DNA of 64,000 nt from Octopus vulgaris (taxonomy: Eukaryota): positions 24,242,001 through 24,306,000 of the forward strand of contig OX597836.1 in assembly GCA_951406725.2 (NCBI GenBank), in the 5' to 3' direction. Made by a program: the position numbers and the translations under genes. Below, piece after piece: positions 1 to 14,023 of the stretch (within the stretch, counting starts at the first letter, position 1; each line of letters starts with the position of its first letter). The notes under the pieces are model-generated. The model did not search any database. It had not been told where the DNA came from and worked only from the letters and a program-made list of their open reading frames with translations.

Positions 1-244
1 TCCTATCACGGATCGATGACATAGCTGTTTTTTCCAATACTTCACTACAAACTTCGATGATTCGTTTGTTATTAGGTTAGATATAAACAGTGTCGTTGTT
101 ATTAAATAAATGCAAAACAACATAAAGAATATTTGTGGAACATTCCATACAAAGCTGTCACCAAGTGCCAAAATAACAGACCTGATACATATACTTGGTG
201 GGGGTGGGGAGGAAATAAAGTCATAAATATTAACTGCCTCTAAA

Positions 245-267
245 AAGTTTAACTGACAATCTCGAAA

Positions 268-324
<57 letters not shown>

Positions 325-350
325 CATTTTCGAGATTGTCAGTTAAACTT
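245..350. repeat. Perfect 27-bp inverted repeat enclosing a (TA)n tract
   Basis: aagtttaactgacaatctcgaaaatgt (245-271) is the exact reverse complement of 324-350; the spacer is almost pure (TA)n. Confidence 0.9.
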
Positions 351-801
351 ATATATATCACTCTTAAATACTATCGGTGTTGAAATGAATTTCTTAAACC
401 AGTAATCTTTCGGTTCAATGAGGATTAACGAAAGAAAATGTTTTTCGTTAGGAGAGATAGTAATAAAGTCTAATGATTAATAATGATTTCGCACAAACAG
501 CACAACGCAACTCGTTCTTGTAGTCATATAATCGCTTGTCTTAAACATACTATGGAACTGGTCGTTTTTCTATTCACCCCTATAATTATTTGATCGAGGG
601 ACTGCTGACTGTCAACTGAGCAATATTACATTTATGCATTTAAAACATTCTTTACTGCTCTCCCTTCTCTCGTAGAATAGCTGCTGGTGGAAAGAAAGAA
701 AGAAAAAAGAACATTATTGACATCAGTCTCACTGGTCAAGGAGGGGCTGCAAACTATACGCATGTATGTGTGCATGTATGCATGCTCGTATTTATGTCTA
801 T

Positions 802-804
<3 letters not shown>

Positions 805-869
<65 letters not shown>
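805..869. repeat. (CT)n microsatellite
   Basis: Direct reading. Confidence 0.95.
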
Positions 870-873
<4 letters not shown>

Positions 874-1839
874 GTATATATATATGTATATATTTCATCC
901 TGATGTTCAGCACGTGATTTTAAACTCAAATGCCACATCAAATATTAATGAAAACAAAAGCCAACTTCCTCCTCGCCCTTCCCATCATCATAATCATCAT
1001 CGTCATCGCCACTACCACCACTATTTTTCTAGCATTTCATTGTTACTCATATTTTACTACAATCGTTATTGTTGATTCTAATTTTCTAGCTTACGTAGGC
1101 AGAAAACCATTATAGACTTTTTTAGTGTACTGCAGTGTAGTGTAGTTGTGCAATATCGTGCAGAGGTGGAAGGTAGAGCAGAAACGTAACGAAATTATGT
1201 AAGAGTAAAGCATTGAAAGATCGAGTGTATCAGTACAGGGTTCTGTAGTGGTGTGTAATGGAACAATTGGAATGCTTCCAATATTTCTATATTTCAAGTT
1301 GATGTTAGTTTGAAGTCAGTAATTTAATGTAACACTTCTTTATTAAAATTTTCTATTCCATACTTCCACAGAATTTCAGTCCCTCCGTCTGGCACCATGT
1401 AGAATGACTTGATGTGGATCAAACCATTGACGTTTCATTCGGAACAAGATTCAATCGATTGGCGATGTCCGTATCATCTGTCTGATTTAATTAGTCAGTT
1501 ATTATTCTGCTAATATCAATCGATAGATTTTGACTTCAGATAAATCAATAAGCCATTATGAAACGCTTCCTAACTTTCATGCCTTTGAAAATGGTACAGC
1601 AGCAATATCAATGGAATCATATAAGCAACACTGGGAATTGAAACTGGGTCGCGCACTCAACTCGCTTGTTTCCTCTCTACGATAGTCGCCATACTGGGAC
1701 AGTAAACTTAGTTCTTCTTGGGATTGTCTGTAAAGGGAGCGGTTATTCATATTCATAATTCTCGAACGACTACCAGAAGCAAGAATTTAATGAGAATAAC
1801 AGGAATAAATTCTAAACATATTTTCTTGATTTTTAACAG

Positions 1840-1944
1840 CACACCCCCACCATCAACATCGGCGTCTAAAAAACAAATAGAGAAAATATTCATGTATAAC
1901 AGTTTGCCAAACTTTACTCGACAGAATGAGAAGCTTAGAAGAAA
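1840..1944 (+). CDS. Candidate 105-nt internal exon (phase 2-2), product unknown
   Basis: ttttcttgatttttaacag| acceptor and |gtaagc donor; open frame TPPPSTSASKKQIEKIFMYNSLPNFTRQNEKLRR; no homology recognised. Confidence 0.25.
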
Positions 1945-2517
1945 GTAAGCATCTTGAAATTTGCTTCAGCATGTCGGCATTTAATTTAACAGTGAAATAT
2001 CTCGGAAAAAGTTTATGCAACGAAGACTAACCAGGCTAAATAAAAACGAACACTATTTCACGAATGGCTCATAAAAGACCAGGTGAAGATGAGACTTTGT
2101 CATCATTTCGATTGTCGCAAAAAATATTTAGTATTCATTAACGTTGGTTTAAAGCAGTTCTTGAGCAAAGTGCGGATTCCTTTCAGGGAGCAACTGCTTT
2201 AGTACAGATCATTTCCAGTCTAAGCGACAGTTGGGATATAAGGCATTAATCCAACTACAAAATTTATGCGAAATTCAGGATCCTTTTTTTTCTTTTTTTG
2301 TCGAAAGTAATCAATCCTCTGGATTAAACTAGAAATAAATTAAACAGGATAAGCAGATAAGCCAGGCGGGAAAAGGGCAGGCAAACGCTTGCTAGAACCT
2401 TGAAATGTGACCATTGTAACTAAGGGAAAGGAGAGTGGGATTCCGTACAGAGAGAAGAGATGGGTAGCAGAGCTAGGTTCTGGTCAATTGTTTCCTCCTC
2501 CCTATGATCTCTCCTTT

Positions 2518-2936
2518 TCACCATAACGTTACTACTTTCTGCATTCTTAGATTCTCTTTTATTAATATATCTAGTGCTGCTTTGTGTATTTGTGAGATGG
2601 GCAGCATATCGACGGTCGATTCAAAGATTGATATGCAGAGCATTTCAAATTTTCGAATATTCTGGCCCTTTTTATTTTCACCTTTCTGTCTTTTGTCTAC
2701 TGAAACAGCAGAAATCATCATCTGCCAGACTTATAAATACAACGTTCTGGAATTAACAGACAACTATCTTCCCTCCGTTTCCTAAGATTTATTTCCATAA
2801 TTTGGTCATAAATGGAAAGGCACTTCTCATGATCATAGCAGGCAGCCTCAGCCCTGGTGAGAATGATACTGTTGATAATCAGACTGAACATATATAGGTC
2901 AATATTTGTAAGTGAAGAAGATGTAATGTGACTCAA
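2518..2936 (-). mobile_element. Highly decayed remnant of an RLE-type (R4/R2-like) non-LTR retrotransposon C-terminus
   Basis: Frame-hopping fragments EDSCLLI, VFISLADDD and SQIHKAALDILIKENL resemble the CLLIDVxIPxD and IQKxALLGTAxILRK motifs. Confidence 0.3.
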
Positions 2937-3682
2937 AGATAAAGCTATCTCGATCTAAAATAGCTACAGTCCAGAATTGACTAACCGACTTCTCTCCTCT
3001 ATATCATAACTTCAATATCCTTTTCTATATTCCATAATTTATGAAATATCTTATGTCATATAACATTCTATAACTTATGAAACATGACTTAGGAATATAA
3101 ACTCCAAATATCGTGTCAGAAAAATAAATACAAATATGTTAATATTGTTATCAAAAAGCAAATCTTATATAATTTCAGAAAATAATGCAAATTTGTGGCA
3201 GTCTGACAAGGAGATTATAATTTCCGACCTAAAATTAGTTTGAATTTTAGTTTACATATGCATTTTAATGTTTCCATGTCTGTATTGAATTACTGGAATT
3301 GAACTGAACGGTTGATGAATATTACGAACAAAACTTTGTGCTAAGTTACTAACATACATTAAACATCAAGCTTATGATGGTGAAATATCGCATCAAATTT
3401 TTAATGTTCTTTCATTTCATTTTACAATTTTACAGTGATAAATAAATCAGGTTTCACTTAATGAAATTAACCACAAATATTTAATTTCTCACTGTTTATA
3501 AACTTTTTTCTTTTTCTTTTTTTTTTTGCCCTTCTAATTTTTTCCAAGTGCAATTTCATAAGTGTTATTAAGAGTTTTCGCTAATCCACTTTGTAAACTT
3601 GGCCTTCTTAACGATTTGAATTATATGCTCTTAGAATAGTCACAAAAACATTCAATATTTGAAGTGCTCTTCAATAAGAAAT

Positions 3683-3802
3683 CTTCTTCTTCTTCTTCTT
3701 CTTCTTCTTCTTCTTCTTCTTCTTCTTCTTCTTCTTCTTCTTCTTCTTCTTCTTCTTCTTCTTCTTCTTCTTCTTCTTCTTCTTCTTCTTCTTCTTCTTC
3801 TT
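3683..3802. repeat. (TTC)~40 microsatellite
   Basis: Direct reading; explains the poly-R/L/S ORFs. Confidence 0.95.
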
Positions 3803-5617
3803 CTCTTCGTTTCCTTTTCCTCCTCCTCCACCTTCCTCTTTCTTCCTCCTCTTTCTCCTCCGGAATTCAAAGAACTCCGGTCACACTGTGTTTAGGGATT
3901 CGGTTACGTCCCTTTATGATGTTTTAGCGTCCTCGTCGCCTTTGCCTGCTGTTTAACTTTTGAGATTTCAAACGAAGGAAGAGAAATGTTGAGAAACAGT
4001 TCAATACAAAAGATTATGAATCATGAAATTAAAGTAAATAGAATTAGTTTTCTGTAAGCATTGTCAGATATAGTTTGCTTTTATAATGGACATAATATTT
4101 TGAAGGGGAATAAAATCAGAAACAAGCCCTAATCTTTATATTTTAGAAGATCAGGCAGCATCTATGACCTTCTGCAGGGATTCTGAGATTGGTTTCGGCG
4201 GAGGAGAAAATTATCCACGCACTGGAGATTATGACCGAATACTTATATCATAGTGATCTCTACATGCGCTACATATATGAGAATTAATTATGTCAGGAAT
4301 ATCTGTGAATATCAGTAATTAACGGAAAAATTATGTGTAAATAAAATATGAGAAAGAAAACAGAATTTAAGAAAGTAACTTGATTCTGGTGCAAGATAAA
4401 TGACATGGTTACAAAATAGGATTTATAAGAAAAGTACTTCTGAGATGCACTGAAAAAAAAATGAATTTACTAACTTGGATTTTATATGAGATAAAATGAT
4501 AAATTAAATTTATATGTTGAAGTGAATCTAACGGTTTTGTGTGTTTCTTAAATGGCTTATAAACACCTTCCACGCTGCAATTGTTTTCGTTCCAGCACAC
4601 GATCTCAGATCAAGTCACTCGCTATGCAAGTACATCTCAGTAAAAATGATAAATGATTTACCGAATTGAAGAGCATGAACTCGGAAGAGACGGACGAGAG
4701 GAATCTCTCATTACATAAGAATTCAGTCTACTATTTGCAAATTCTTTGAGGATCCAATGTTAGTTTTAGAGTTAGATGAGCAGTAAAGCTAGTGGATATC
4801 TCCGGATAACTGAGTCTGGCACACGATTTCGAGTTTATTGAATTCCTTTTATAGAATTTATTGAATTCGCTCGGCGTCATCCTCTCAGTTATACATTTGC
4901 AACATTGCAATCAATTTATTTCATGTATTTTAGTTTCACTTTTACGCAGCCATTTTCATAAGTTGAACACTCAAAATGAAAATTAACATCTTTTAGCTAT
5001 TTTTCTTCGTCACATGTGGGTTTTAAAGCTTAACTCCAAAAGGAACATTAATTTGAGAGGGCTATTTCATGAGAATAAATAACTGTATTAATCACGTCTT
5101 AATTGCGTGAAACACGACTCTAGAACAGAATCAACTTGAAGAGAGTAACATTTTCTTGCTAGATCTACTGTTCTCAATACAGTCTCTACCTAAACTATCC
5201 TTAACACCTCCCCAGTCTCAGACGATAAAGACAAAAGTATATTACCGTCTGTTATAAGCGACGTGTCTTCGCGTAACGCTAATATTAATAATGGTTTTAT
5301 TAACTAATCCTCAAAATTCAAACCAGAAATTAGTTCACAATTAATAGGCTTTTATCTTGTCTGTGGCATGCTGGCTTGTTGCCCCAGTTTCATAAGTAAG
5401 CTTCGAAAATACTCCTCCCATTTAAGATGACAGAAACTGAAACGTATATGTTAATGCAGAGATGTCAGAACTTTCATTTCAATGTCAAATCCTAAATTCC
5501 GACAAATATCTCAGTAATTTCATATTTTATTAATACCGTGTCACTCCCGCACGCGAGGTTCCTTTATATTTCATACAAATTACTTTGTCTCTTTGTTTTC
5601 AGCATCCTGACATGCTA

Positions 5618-5790
5618 AGGTGGTGCAGTGGTATAAGAAATAGTTCGCCGTATTGAATTACGCTCATTTTGCACTCTTAGTTCAAATCTCGAGAATTTTT
5701 GCCTTTTATCAATTAGGGATCAATGAAATATGCACTAGCCGAATAAAATCGATTACATTCTCCTGCAGAATTTAAGGCATTAAGCGAAAC
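5618..5790 (+). mobile_element. Old degenerate copy of SINE family C
   Basis: agttcaaatc B-box remnant and ttttgccttttatcaattagggatcaatgaaa match the core of the copy at 26946. Confidence 0.5.
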
Positions 5791-6951
5791 AGAAATCAAT
5801 ACTCTCACGTGAGGTCACTATAATTCGTTTTACACAGAAAGCACCGATATTAAATAATTTCTATGATATAATTGAAACGGCCATTTTTTTATAATTAAGA
5901 CTTTAAAACATTCACACCATAATAACACCAACGAAGAAATAACGCTTTATTAAGTTGCTTCAACACGTCATCTACATGAAAAACACCCACTGCCATTTAT
6001 TAATTAGACAATATCCTCAAATTTATCCATACATTCATTTAATTGACATTGAGATTATGTATTAAATGAAAAACCATACAAGAAAACAGTGCATTGCCAA
6101 AGTGTAGTGCCAGCTAACTGAAATACTTGCTTAATGTACCATAAATGAAATTGGCGAGGCGTTAACATCTCAGTTACTTATGTCTGTAGTTCAGTGTTGA
6201 TTACGAGATTAAAGCTTTTACTTACAAGTAATAATCCCTTAGGAAAGAAACGTATTTCCTACACCGTATCTTAAGAGCTTAAACCTAATTTTAAAAACAT
6301 CAACACTGATAATGTTTCTAGACAAATAGAACGTACATTTCTTTATATCCTTTTTATTAGCTTTTCATATAATCATAACAGTAAAAATAAAGTGCATAGT
6401 GCTAACTATATAGCTTTACATCATTTTCGTATCTGTTGTTGTTTTCAATTTTGATCTTGGTAGTTTTAAAAGTCATGATTTTCTAATTGTCAGAATTGAT
6501 AGTTTTCTTTATACTAATTTCCAGTTTTAAAATATAACAGTGTCGGAAAGGTTATGAAAAGTCGAGACTTTTCAGTCAAAATCTGGTGAATTTATTTTGG
6601 ACGACATCTAGTATAGAGTTCCATTCTATCATTTCGGTACTTCTATAACGGAACCTAGTGAAGTAGATCCTAGATTTAAGAGTTCCTCAGAGTAATTAAA
6701 GACAAATTACAACTTAGTATATTTTACATAAATTTGGGGATGGTTGAGAACTCCAGGTGAATATAGTGGCACACTGTCGAGAATAGTCTACTTGGGGCTA
6801 GGTATTTCATCTAGCATCACGATTGAAACTCACGAGTATCAACGAATTTGAATCGAACAGTTTTAATCCATACATGTAAATCCCAATAAATTGGTGGAGA
6901 GCCCTTCTTTCGTTTTTCCACTCCCTCGTATATATATATATATATATATAT

Positions 6952-7128
6952 AGGGAAAGTTTACGAAAAAAACAAAAGACGAAGACAGGTGGTGTACAAA
7001 ACAAACAGATGTATTAGTATAACGCTCAGGAATAGAAAAAGTCTTTTACGTTTCGAGCCTACGCTCTTCTACAGAAAGGTACACAGAAAAAACAAGGAGA
7101 GAAAAAATGTGTAGTGGCTAACGATCTA
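6952..7128 (-). mobile_element. Short PLE pLTR-like module between microsatellites, carrying a hammerhead-like fold
   Basis: Flanked by (TA)n and (TATG)n; contains the fold at 7043-7078. Confidence 0.55.
7043..7078 (-). ncRNA. Minimal type-I hammerhead-like fold with variant core
   Basis: Minus strand CUUU-CUGUAGAA-GAGC(GUAG)GCUC-GAAAC-GUA-AAAG: stems I and II are perfect, stem III is palindromic (ACGU), GUA site. Confidence 0.55.
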
Positions 7129-7282
7129 TGTATGTATATATGTATATATATACATAAATATACATATACATACATACATACATATATATTTTCATTTCTA
7201 TCATTCATGCAATGTGGTTCACTGTCTGCAGTCTGAGTGTGAGTGTGCGTGTGTGTGTGTTTACCTATACCTATACTGTGAA

Positions 7283-7398
7283 AGGTAGGTAAGTAGATAG
7301 ATACGTAGGTAGGTAGGTAAGTAGGTAGGTGGGTAGATAGGTAGGTAGGTAGGTAGGTAGATAGATAGATAGACAGATAGATAGATAGACAGATAGAC

Positions 7399-7475
<77 letters not shown>
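7283..7475. repeat. (GGTA)n/(GATA)n compound microsatellite
   Basis: Direct reading. Confidence 0.95.
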
Positions 7476-7476
<1 letters not shown>

Positions 7477-7988
7477 GCTTCGTATCTCGGAAAAGAGATT
7501 AATCGTGTTTTCTTCAACTTCTCTTTGTTTAGTTCACTTAATATACATTTTCTTGTTAATTTACTTAATCTGTCTTGTAAGTCAATACAACCATATCTTC
7601 AGTATGTTAGAATTTGGCAAGCTCTTCTAATTGCTGTCTGTTCGGCGAATAACTATTCCCAGATGTATTTACATATGCAGCCATTTGGCAGATAAATCGC
7701 ACGTATGCAAATGCACACACGTATACAGTAAATCTTATCGTATCACACCCTCAGTAGTTCTAATGCAACTGGCAGACACCTGTAATCAGGAACGTATATT
7801 TACACCTATCAGTTCTGCTGTGACTCATTCACACACTCAAATCTTCACTTATCTATGTAAATATATAAATATCAAACTTCCACAATCTGCACACGAGAAG
7901 TAACATTTTAGCATGAGCAGAGATTCTACATATTCGTGTGTATGGGAAGGTGCCTAAATGTAGGTGTATGTTTGTATACACACGCTCA

Positions 7989-8020
<32 letters not shown>

Positions 8021-8449
8021 TGAAATGTTCGTAAAATTTATATAGATATATTCCGAAAATAATTACTACTAATCCCAACAATATTATACAGGATCATAAT
8101 GCGATAGATTAAACTGAATTGTAAACTTGATCCAGTAATTTTAATAGCGACAGAATCATAGATAAATGTGAAAGACATCGCCAAAAGCTGTTGAAAAATA
8201 CAGAGACTAGCTCTTGTGAGAATAACTTTAGATACTTTCACGAAATGAGATTTTACAGAATGTGATGTAAACATGATAAAATTAGAAGCTAATTACAATC
8301 TAATGTTATTAGAAAACTATGAAACAGGTTAAAGCCATCAAGTTTAGTCTTGAATACATAGGCCTAAACTCCATTAATTCGGTTGAAAAACAGAGTGAAA
8401 CGAGAGATGTGAGAGACTATTCCTGAGAATGCACGCTTCCTCGTGTATT

Positions 8450-8860
8450 GAGTCTTTTTTGAAGAATGCATCTAGCATCGTCTGTGTTTTTGGCTAAGAC
8501 TTCTCTCGCGAAGAAATTCTGTCAAGGAGAGTATTTTGTCCAGAACACATCTCTTTGCCTTACTGTTGCACTTACAATTAGTGACATTCTCATCAAACTG
8601 GTCGAGGATATCTGTAATTTTCGTGGTATTACTAATGAGGAATTCGATGGGGAGAAATAATTCGCCACTGATTCTATGATCATTTTCTCGGCTGCTTTTG
8701 GCATTGTTATTTCCAGCAGTTCTTCAGTAAATAAATTCTTACCATGAATTTCAAATCTTCCTTCAGGTCTTTCACTTTGACATTTTGCGCCCTTTGGTTT
8801 GTCAGCCGAATGACCAGTAAAGTAATGCTGGTGCTATTTGTCGCCACATTCTAGGAATTA
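8450..8860 (-). mobile_element. Decayed Tigger/pogo transposase C-terminus
   Basis: Minus-strand fragments EIHGKNLFTEELLEIT and KTQTMLDAFFKK match the Tigger acidic segment and terminal KQTTLDxFF motif. Confidence 0.55.
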
Positions 8861-10009
8861 GTACAAACTTTCAATTTCTGTTCACGTGGTATTTGGCTAT
8901 TTCGTTCCAAAACGCCCCCACACTTTTTCAATATTTGATAGTTTTTTTTCTCCCAAACCCTTGATTAATTGCTTATCTTGATTCTTTGTTTCTTCAGTAA
9001 GTTGTTAGAAAGTGTGACGCAGATAATAGGTCTTGATATTAGAAATTCCATACAGATGCACGGACTGAAACAACAAAGAGATGTTTGATTATAATGAAAA
9101 TACTTCAAGCAGAATGCAGATCTGTATGATTTCAAGATTCTGGGACAAGCCTAGAGCATTATCAATCATCAGCAATACCTTATATTCAAAGTTTCTTTGC
9201 AATATCATTTCAGAACTGACAAAAGTATCAAACAAACCAACAGTGTGTGAATATTTTTATCATCACTCAGACCCGCTCGTTTGCTTTCCAAATCATGGGC
9301 AGATGCAATCTTGATATTATTTTGATACTATAATATCTGATATTATTACCATCATGGTGATATTTAATGATATTAACTGTGATAGTTGTGAACGGTAAAC
9401 GAGCAATGACTTTAGAGTTTGAAGTTCTACCAACAAGTAGAAATGTTAAGCTGATTTTTCTCGGGGAACAAAATTAGGTGAACCGTTTCATTGTATGTGA
9501 GTGAACGCTTCATTGGGAACGATGATTTCCTAAATTTTAGCATTATTATAATAATATAGTTTTATCCTCCTGAAAATATTATCACAAAGCAAAACAACGC
9601 TAAAGCGAATCAACACTAATCGGGTAGCGTTAAACGAGGTACTCTTGCGCATATCTGCGGAACTTCAGCATAAGATATTATCTATAATCTACTCCACAAC
9701 CTGGCATTGATTTCTTTACACTTGTGGTATTTTAACAGTTATGTATGTTTCCTGTTTATATTTCGTAAAGTTTTCTAAGATGCAAAGGATATAATAGAAG
9801 GTTGGATGTAAAGTAGATTATAAATTATGTTTTAAGCTAAAGTTACTTAGATTTTGACTGTAATTGCACATTTTACCAACTTTTAAGCTATCACAACCTT
9901 GTATTTATATTCTGTATACATTACAAAAACCGTTTGTTTTTGTCCTGTGTCCTTGTATATGCTTGTGCCAGGCCTTTGTATATGGGTGTGTCGGTATACA
10001 GACATATAT

Positions 10010-10379
10010 TTCTTCTTTTACTTGTTTCAGTTACTAGACTTCGGCCATGCCGAGTCACCGTCTTGAAGAATTCTAGTCGAAGGACCCTAGTACTTAATTT
10101 TTTTAAAGCCCGGTACTGAACCTATTGGTACCTTCGGCCGAACTGCTAAGTTACGAGGATGTAAACACGCAAGCATCGGTTCTCAAGTGGTGGGAGGAAA
10201 ACACAAACACACACACATACGACGGGCTTCTTTCAGTTTCCATCTACCAAATCCACTCACAAGGCATTGATCGATCTGAGGTTTATAGTATAACAGTAAA
10301 AAGACACTTGCCCAAGTTGCCACACAGTGAGAATGAGCCCGGAACCATGTGGTTTGGAAGCAAACTTCTTACCACCCAG
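10010..10379 (-). mobile_element. SINE family A, diverged near-full copy
   Basis: Matches the copies at 27736 and 40716 in head, internal (CA)n and 3' tail. Confidence 0.85.
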
Positions 10380-11722
10380 TATATACTGTAATCTATCTAC
10401 ATATTAAACACAATATGTCTAAGACAAGCAATTTTAAAGTATCGCTTAGACTACAGATGGATTTAAATGATTTCCCACGGAAGTATAATTTAGAGGCCAC
10501 TACTGCAGGACACCAAAATCTAAGTAGTACAGTTTCACATCAGATCTGTCATGCTTTATTAAGTATACATTGAACATCCGTTAAACTGTATTAGTAATTG
10601 GGAATCCGTTTTAGCTGATATTAAATTATGCTGTAAACGTATAACTTAAATGGGGGTTGGTATGTAAAATTAAAAAAATCATGATGTGAATTGTCGATTT
10701 CACCGAAAGGTGGTTGACTGGTGAACTTTACGTGGTGACAATAACACGTTATTATGGCTTAGTTGAGCTACGCTGCTCTGATGGTCCTTGCCTCTCATTC
10801 ATACAAGTCTGATGTGAGTGAGTGAGGACTAAGTTAACAAAAGGTGGGCTGTCAATATGAGCAAACTAGACTTATTAGCAGCAACAAGGTAGGAACAAAC
10901 TGACTCGAAAACTGTGGCAAGCATTGGCAGTTTACCTTGACAATTCCATTTTTGGATATGTTCTATTAAGGCTCTCAGATGATAATATTACTTACCATGG
11001 TATCTACTGACAATTCAATGAACAAAATAACATTATGAATGGGATAACAAAACATTTTGGCTTTTTGAGCAAAGATCCTTCGTCTTCCTCATTCTCACAA
11101 CCTCTACTGTCACAAGTCTACGTCTTATTTCCTTTGTTAACACTTGATATCCAGGTAACAGTGAATATATGCCCCTAAAGCGTTGATACTTAATGATGGC
11201 GTCGGAAACCATCACTGCGACTCGCACTCTTAATTCAGCTTAACGAGATACTAATTAAAGAAGAATCACTTTATTTCAATGTTTTGATGCGCCAATGTTC
11301 TTACACTTAGGGCTGGCAACGATGTTTGTTATAAGTAATTACAGTGTGACAGTTATGATTATATAAGGTGTTACAGGTATAAACAGCTTTGGTATTACAG
11401 TTACGACTTACTGTGATACTAATAAAATGATAGCATGTGTCACAGTAATGGCTGGCTCTGAAATAATCTGTTGATTCGACTATAGTAGTGTTATTTATCA
11501 CGGTTTAATTGATGATGAAATGATAGAAGAAAAACATGATTTCTGGTTATTTTGAAATGATGTAACGAACTGAATTTATGCATAAAGCATCCATTTCTTT
11601 AGACATAAAATCCACAACTAAATCAAATTCCGAAAAGTAACAACGCCAAAAAATTAAAATAATATAAATTATAGAACAGTGTACAAGATGGCTTGAGCTG
11701 TAGCACCCAGTCAGTAACTTAC

Positions 11723-11751
11723 CAAACCAAGAAGTGGGGGACGGAAACGGG
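11723..11751 (-). CDS. Candidate 29-nt micro-exon, product unknown
   Basis: Minus strand ctttccactttaccctctttgtttcttcag|CCCGTTTCCGTCCCCCACTTCTTGGTTTG|gtaagt; consensus splice sites; one frame reads RFRPPLLGL. Confidence 0.35.
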
Positions 11752-12180
11752 CTGAAGAAACAAAGAGGGTAAAGTGGAAAGTATTGTATGATGTACTGAC
11801 TGAAACTTTGGATGTTATAGCACTAAGGCAAAACGGTTGAGTGAGAATAAATATTTTCAGCATATTATACTTCTGAGTGGCTGGTACGAAAACCATTTAT
11901 CCCCATGTTTAAAGGAAGAGACAATGTTGATACAATTTCAGTTCAAAACAGTTGGTATATATGAATGGATGGATAGATGGATGGATGGATGGATGGATGC
12001 GGGCGCACACACTTACGCACATACACTCATACATACAGAAAATTAAGATGAAATCGGGTCAAAACGTTTTGAATTAAATTAAATTCTGATATGACTTTCG
12101 TTAATCAGTTTGATATGTTTAATTAAACTATTTAACTTAAGTGGTCATAAAATCTATCAAATATCTTTTTATATATACAA

Positions 12181-12225
<45 letters not shown>

Positions 12226-13210
12226 TATACATAGATACACTCATATATTCACTAATTATCTGCAATGCACTTATAATTTCTCTCACTTGGTGGGAAAATT
12301 AGGCCTCTAGTAAGTACGGAGTAGAGTGAAACATCAAACTAGTGTTGTTGTTGTTTTTACATTAACCATGGCTGCTCTCCGCTTCCTGCTTGCTCCTTAG
12401 ACGAACCACACTCAGCCATCGGTTTTCTGTCGGCGGAAAGTGAATGAAGAAAAGGCTGGCAGTAGCCTAGTGGGAACGGTGTTTTCCACTAGAGTACGTC
12501 TACGAATCGATTGAAAATCACAAAAAATGAAAAGCTATGGCACAGGTCACATACACTAACAAGTCGCACACAGTTAATAAATTTGAACTGATGTGTAACA
12601 TCTTTCTCTTGAACAAATGGTTTGCTCTAGGCGAAGTGGTAAATAGTATGTAAACTTGTAATTGTTGTAGCAATAAAATAATCTGAATTGTCTCTGCTGA
12701 AAGCCATAGAACTGTTAAAGTAATTCACCAAGTTTAGTGAGCTCAACATTAGAACATTCATGAACACTAGAAACTCATCTTTATATCATGATAAACCCTA
12801 CTGCGTCGAAACGGGAAGGTGGCCCGTTATTCGACTTTTCTATTGGGAGCTATTACCCAGTTTAAGCGGCACATTTTGGTCTACTGTTTATTCTCGACTA
12901 TATTCTTTCATACCCATGGCTCGTGGAGATGGCAGCGAATCCAAGTCAGTCGCAGTATGAGACCACTCATTCTGCATCATACTCTTAACCAACCATTGAA
13001 ATGTTACTCATACGACATTATGAAGGAACTATGAAACTCTTTCCACTCAGAATCAAACATCCAAACGATCAGGTCTGATTTTCTCATATCAGTGGAACTT
13101 TGATGCAATTCAAAGTTAAAATATAAATAATAAGAGATATGAACAGTAAGAAACTTGGTGAGAGTTTCTAACAGGTATTTGTACGACTTCTAGATATATA
13201 TGAATCTATG

Positions 13211-13273
<63 letters not shown>

Positions 13274-13395
13274 GGATAGATACATATATACATATATGTA
13301 TACATATAGTCACACATGCATACGTATACACACATGCACACGCACACACACGTACTTCTATGTGTCTCTGTGTATGTGTGTGTCTGCGCTTGTGC

Positions 13396-13428
<33 letters not shown>

Positions 13429-13542
13429 TGTACATACGTATTGATATTTCACTTAGACATTACGAGGATAATACCCTGGGCTAGAACACAATATCTACAT
13501 ATGCTTCAGAACGAATTGTTAGTCGAGTACAGAGCGGTATTG

Positions 13543-13907
<365 letters not shown>

Positions 13908-13984
13908 CATTTATATATATATATATATCTGTACATATATATAATGGCAAGCATATTTAAAAAACACACCCATATGTATGTGTT

Positions 13985-14023
<39 letters not shown>

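Noticed and set aside
8705-8727. Minus-strand CTGAAGA...GAAA
   Set aside because: Part of the Tigger coding remnant; no stems
10690-11000. GELYVV, reminiscent of the Helitron helicase GQLYVA motif
   Set aside because: Neighbouring motifs are absent
12300-13130. Unique, slightly GC-richer block
   Set aside because: Probably an old transposon remnant, but no motif or splice pattern could be supported
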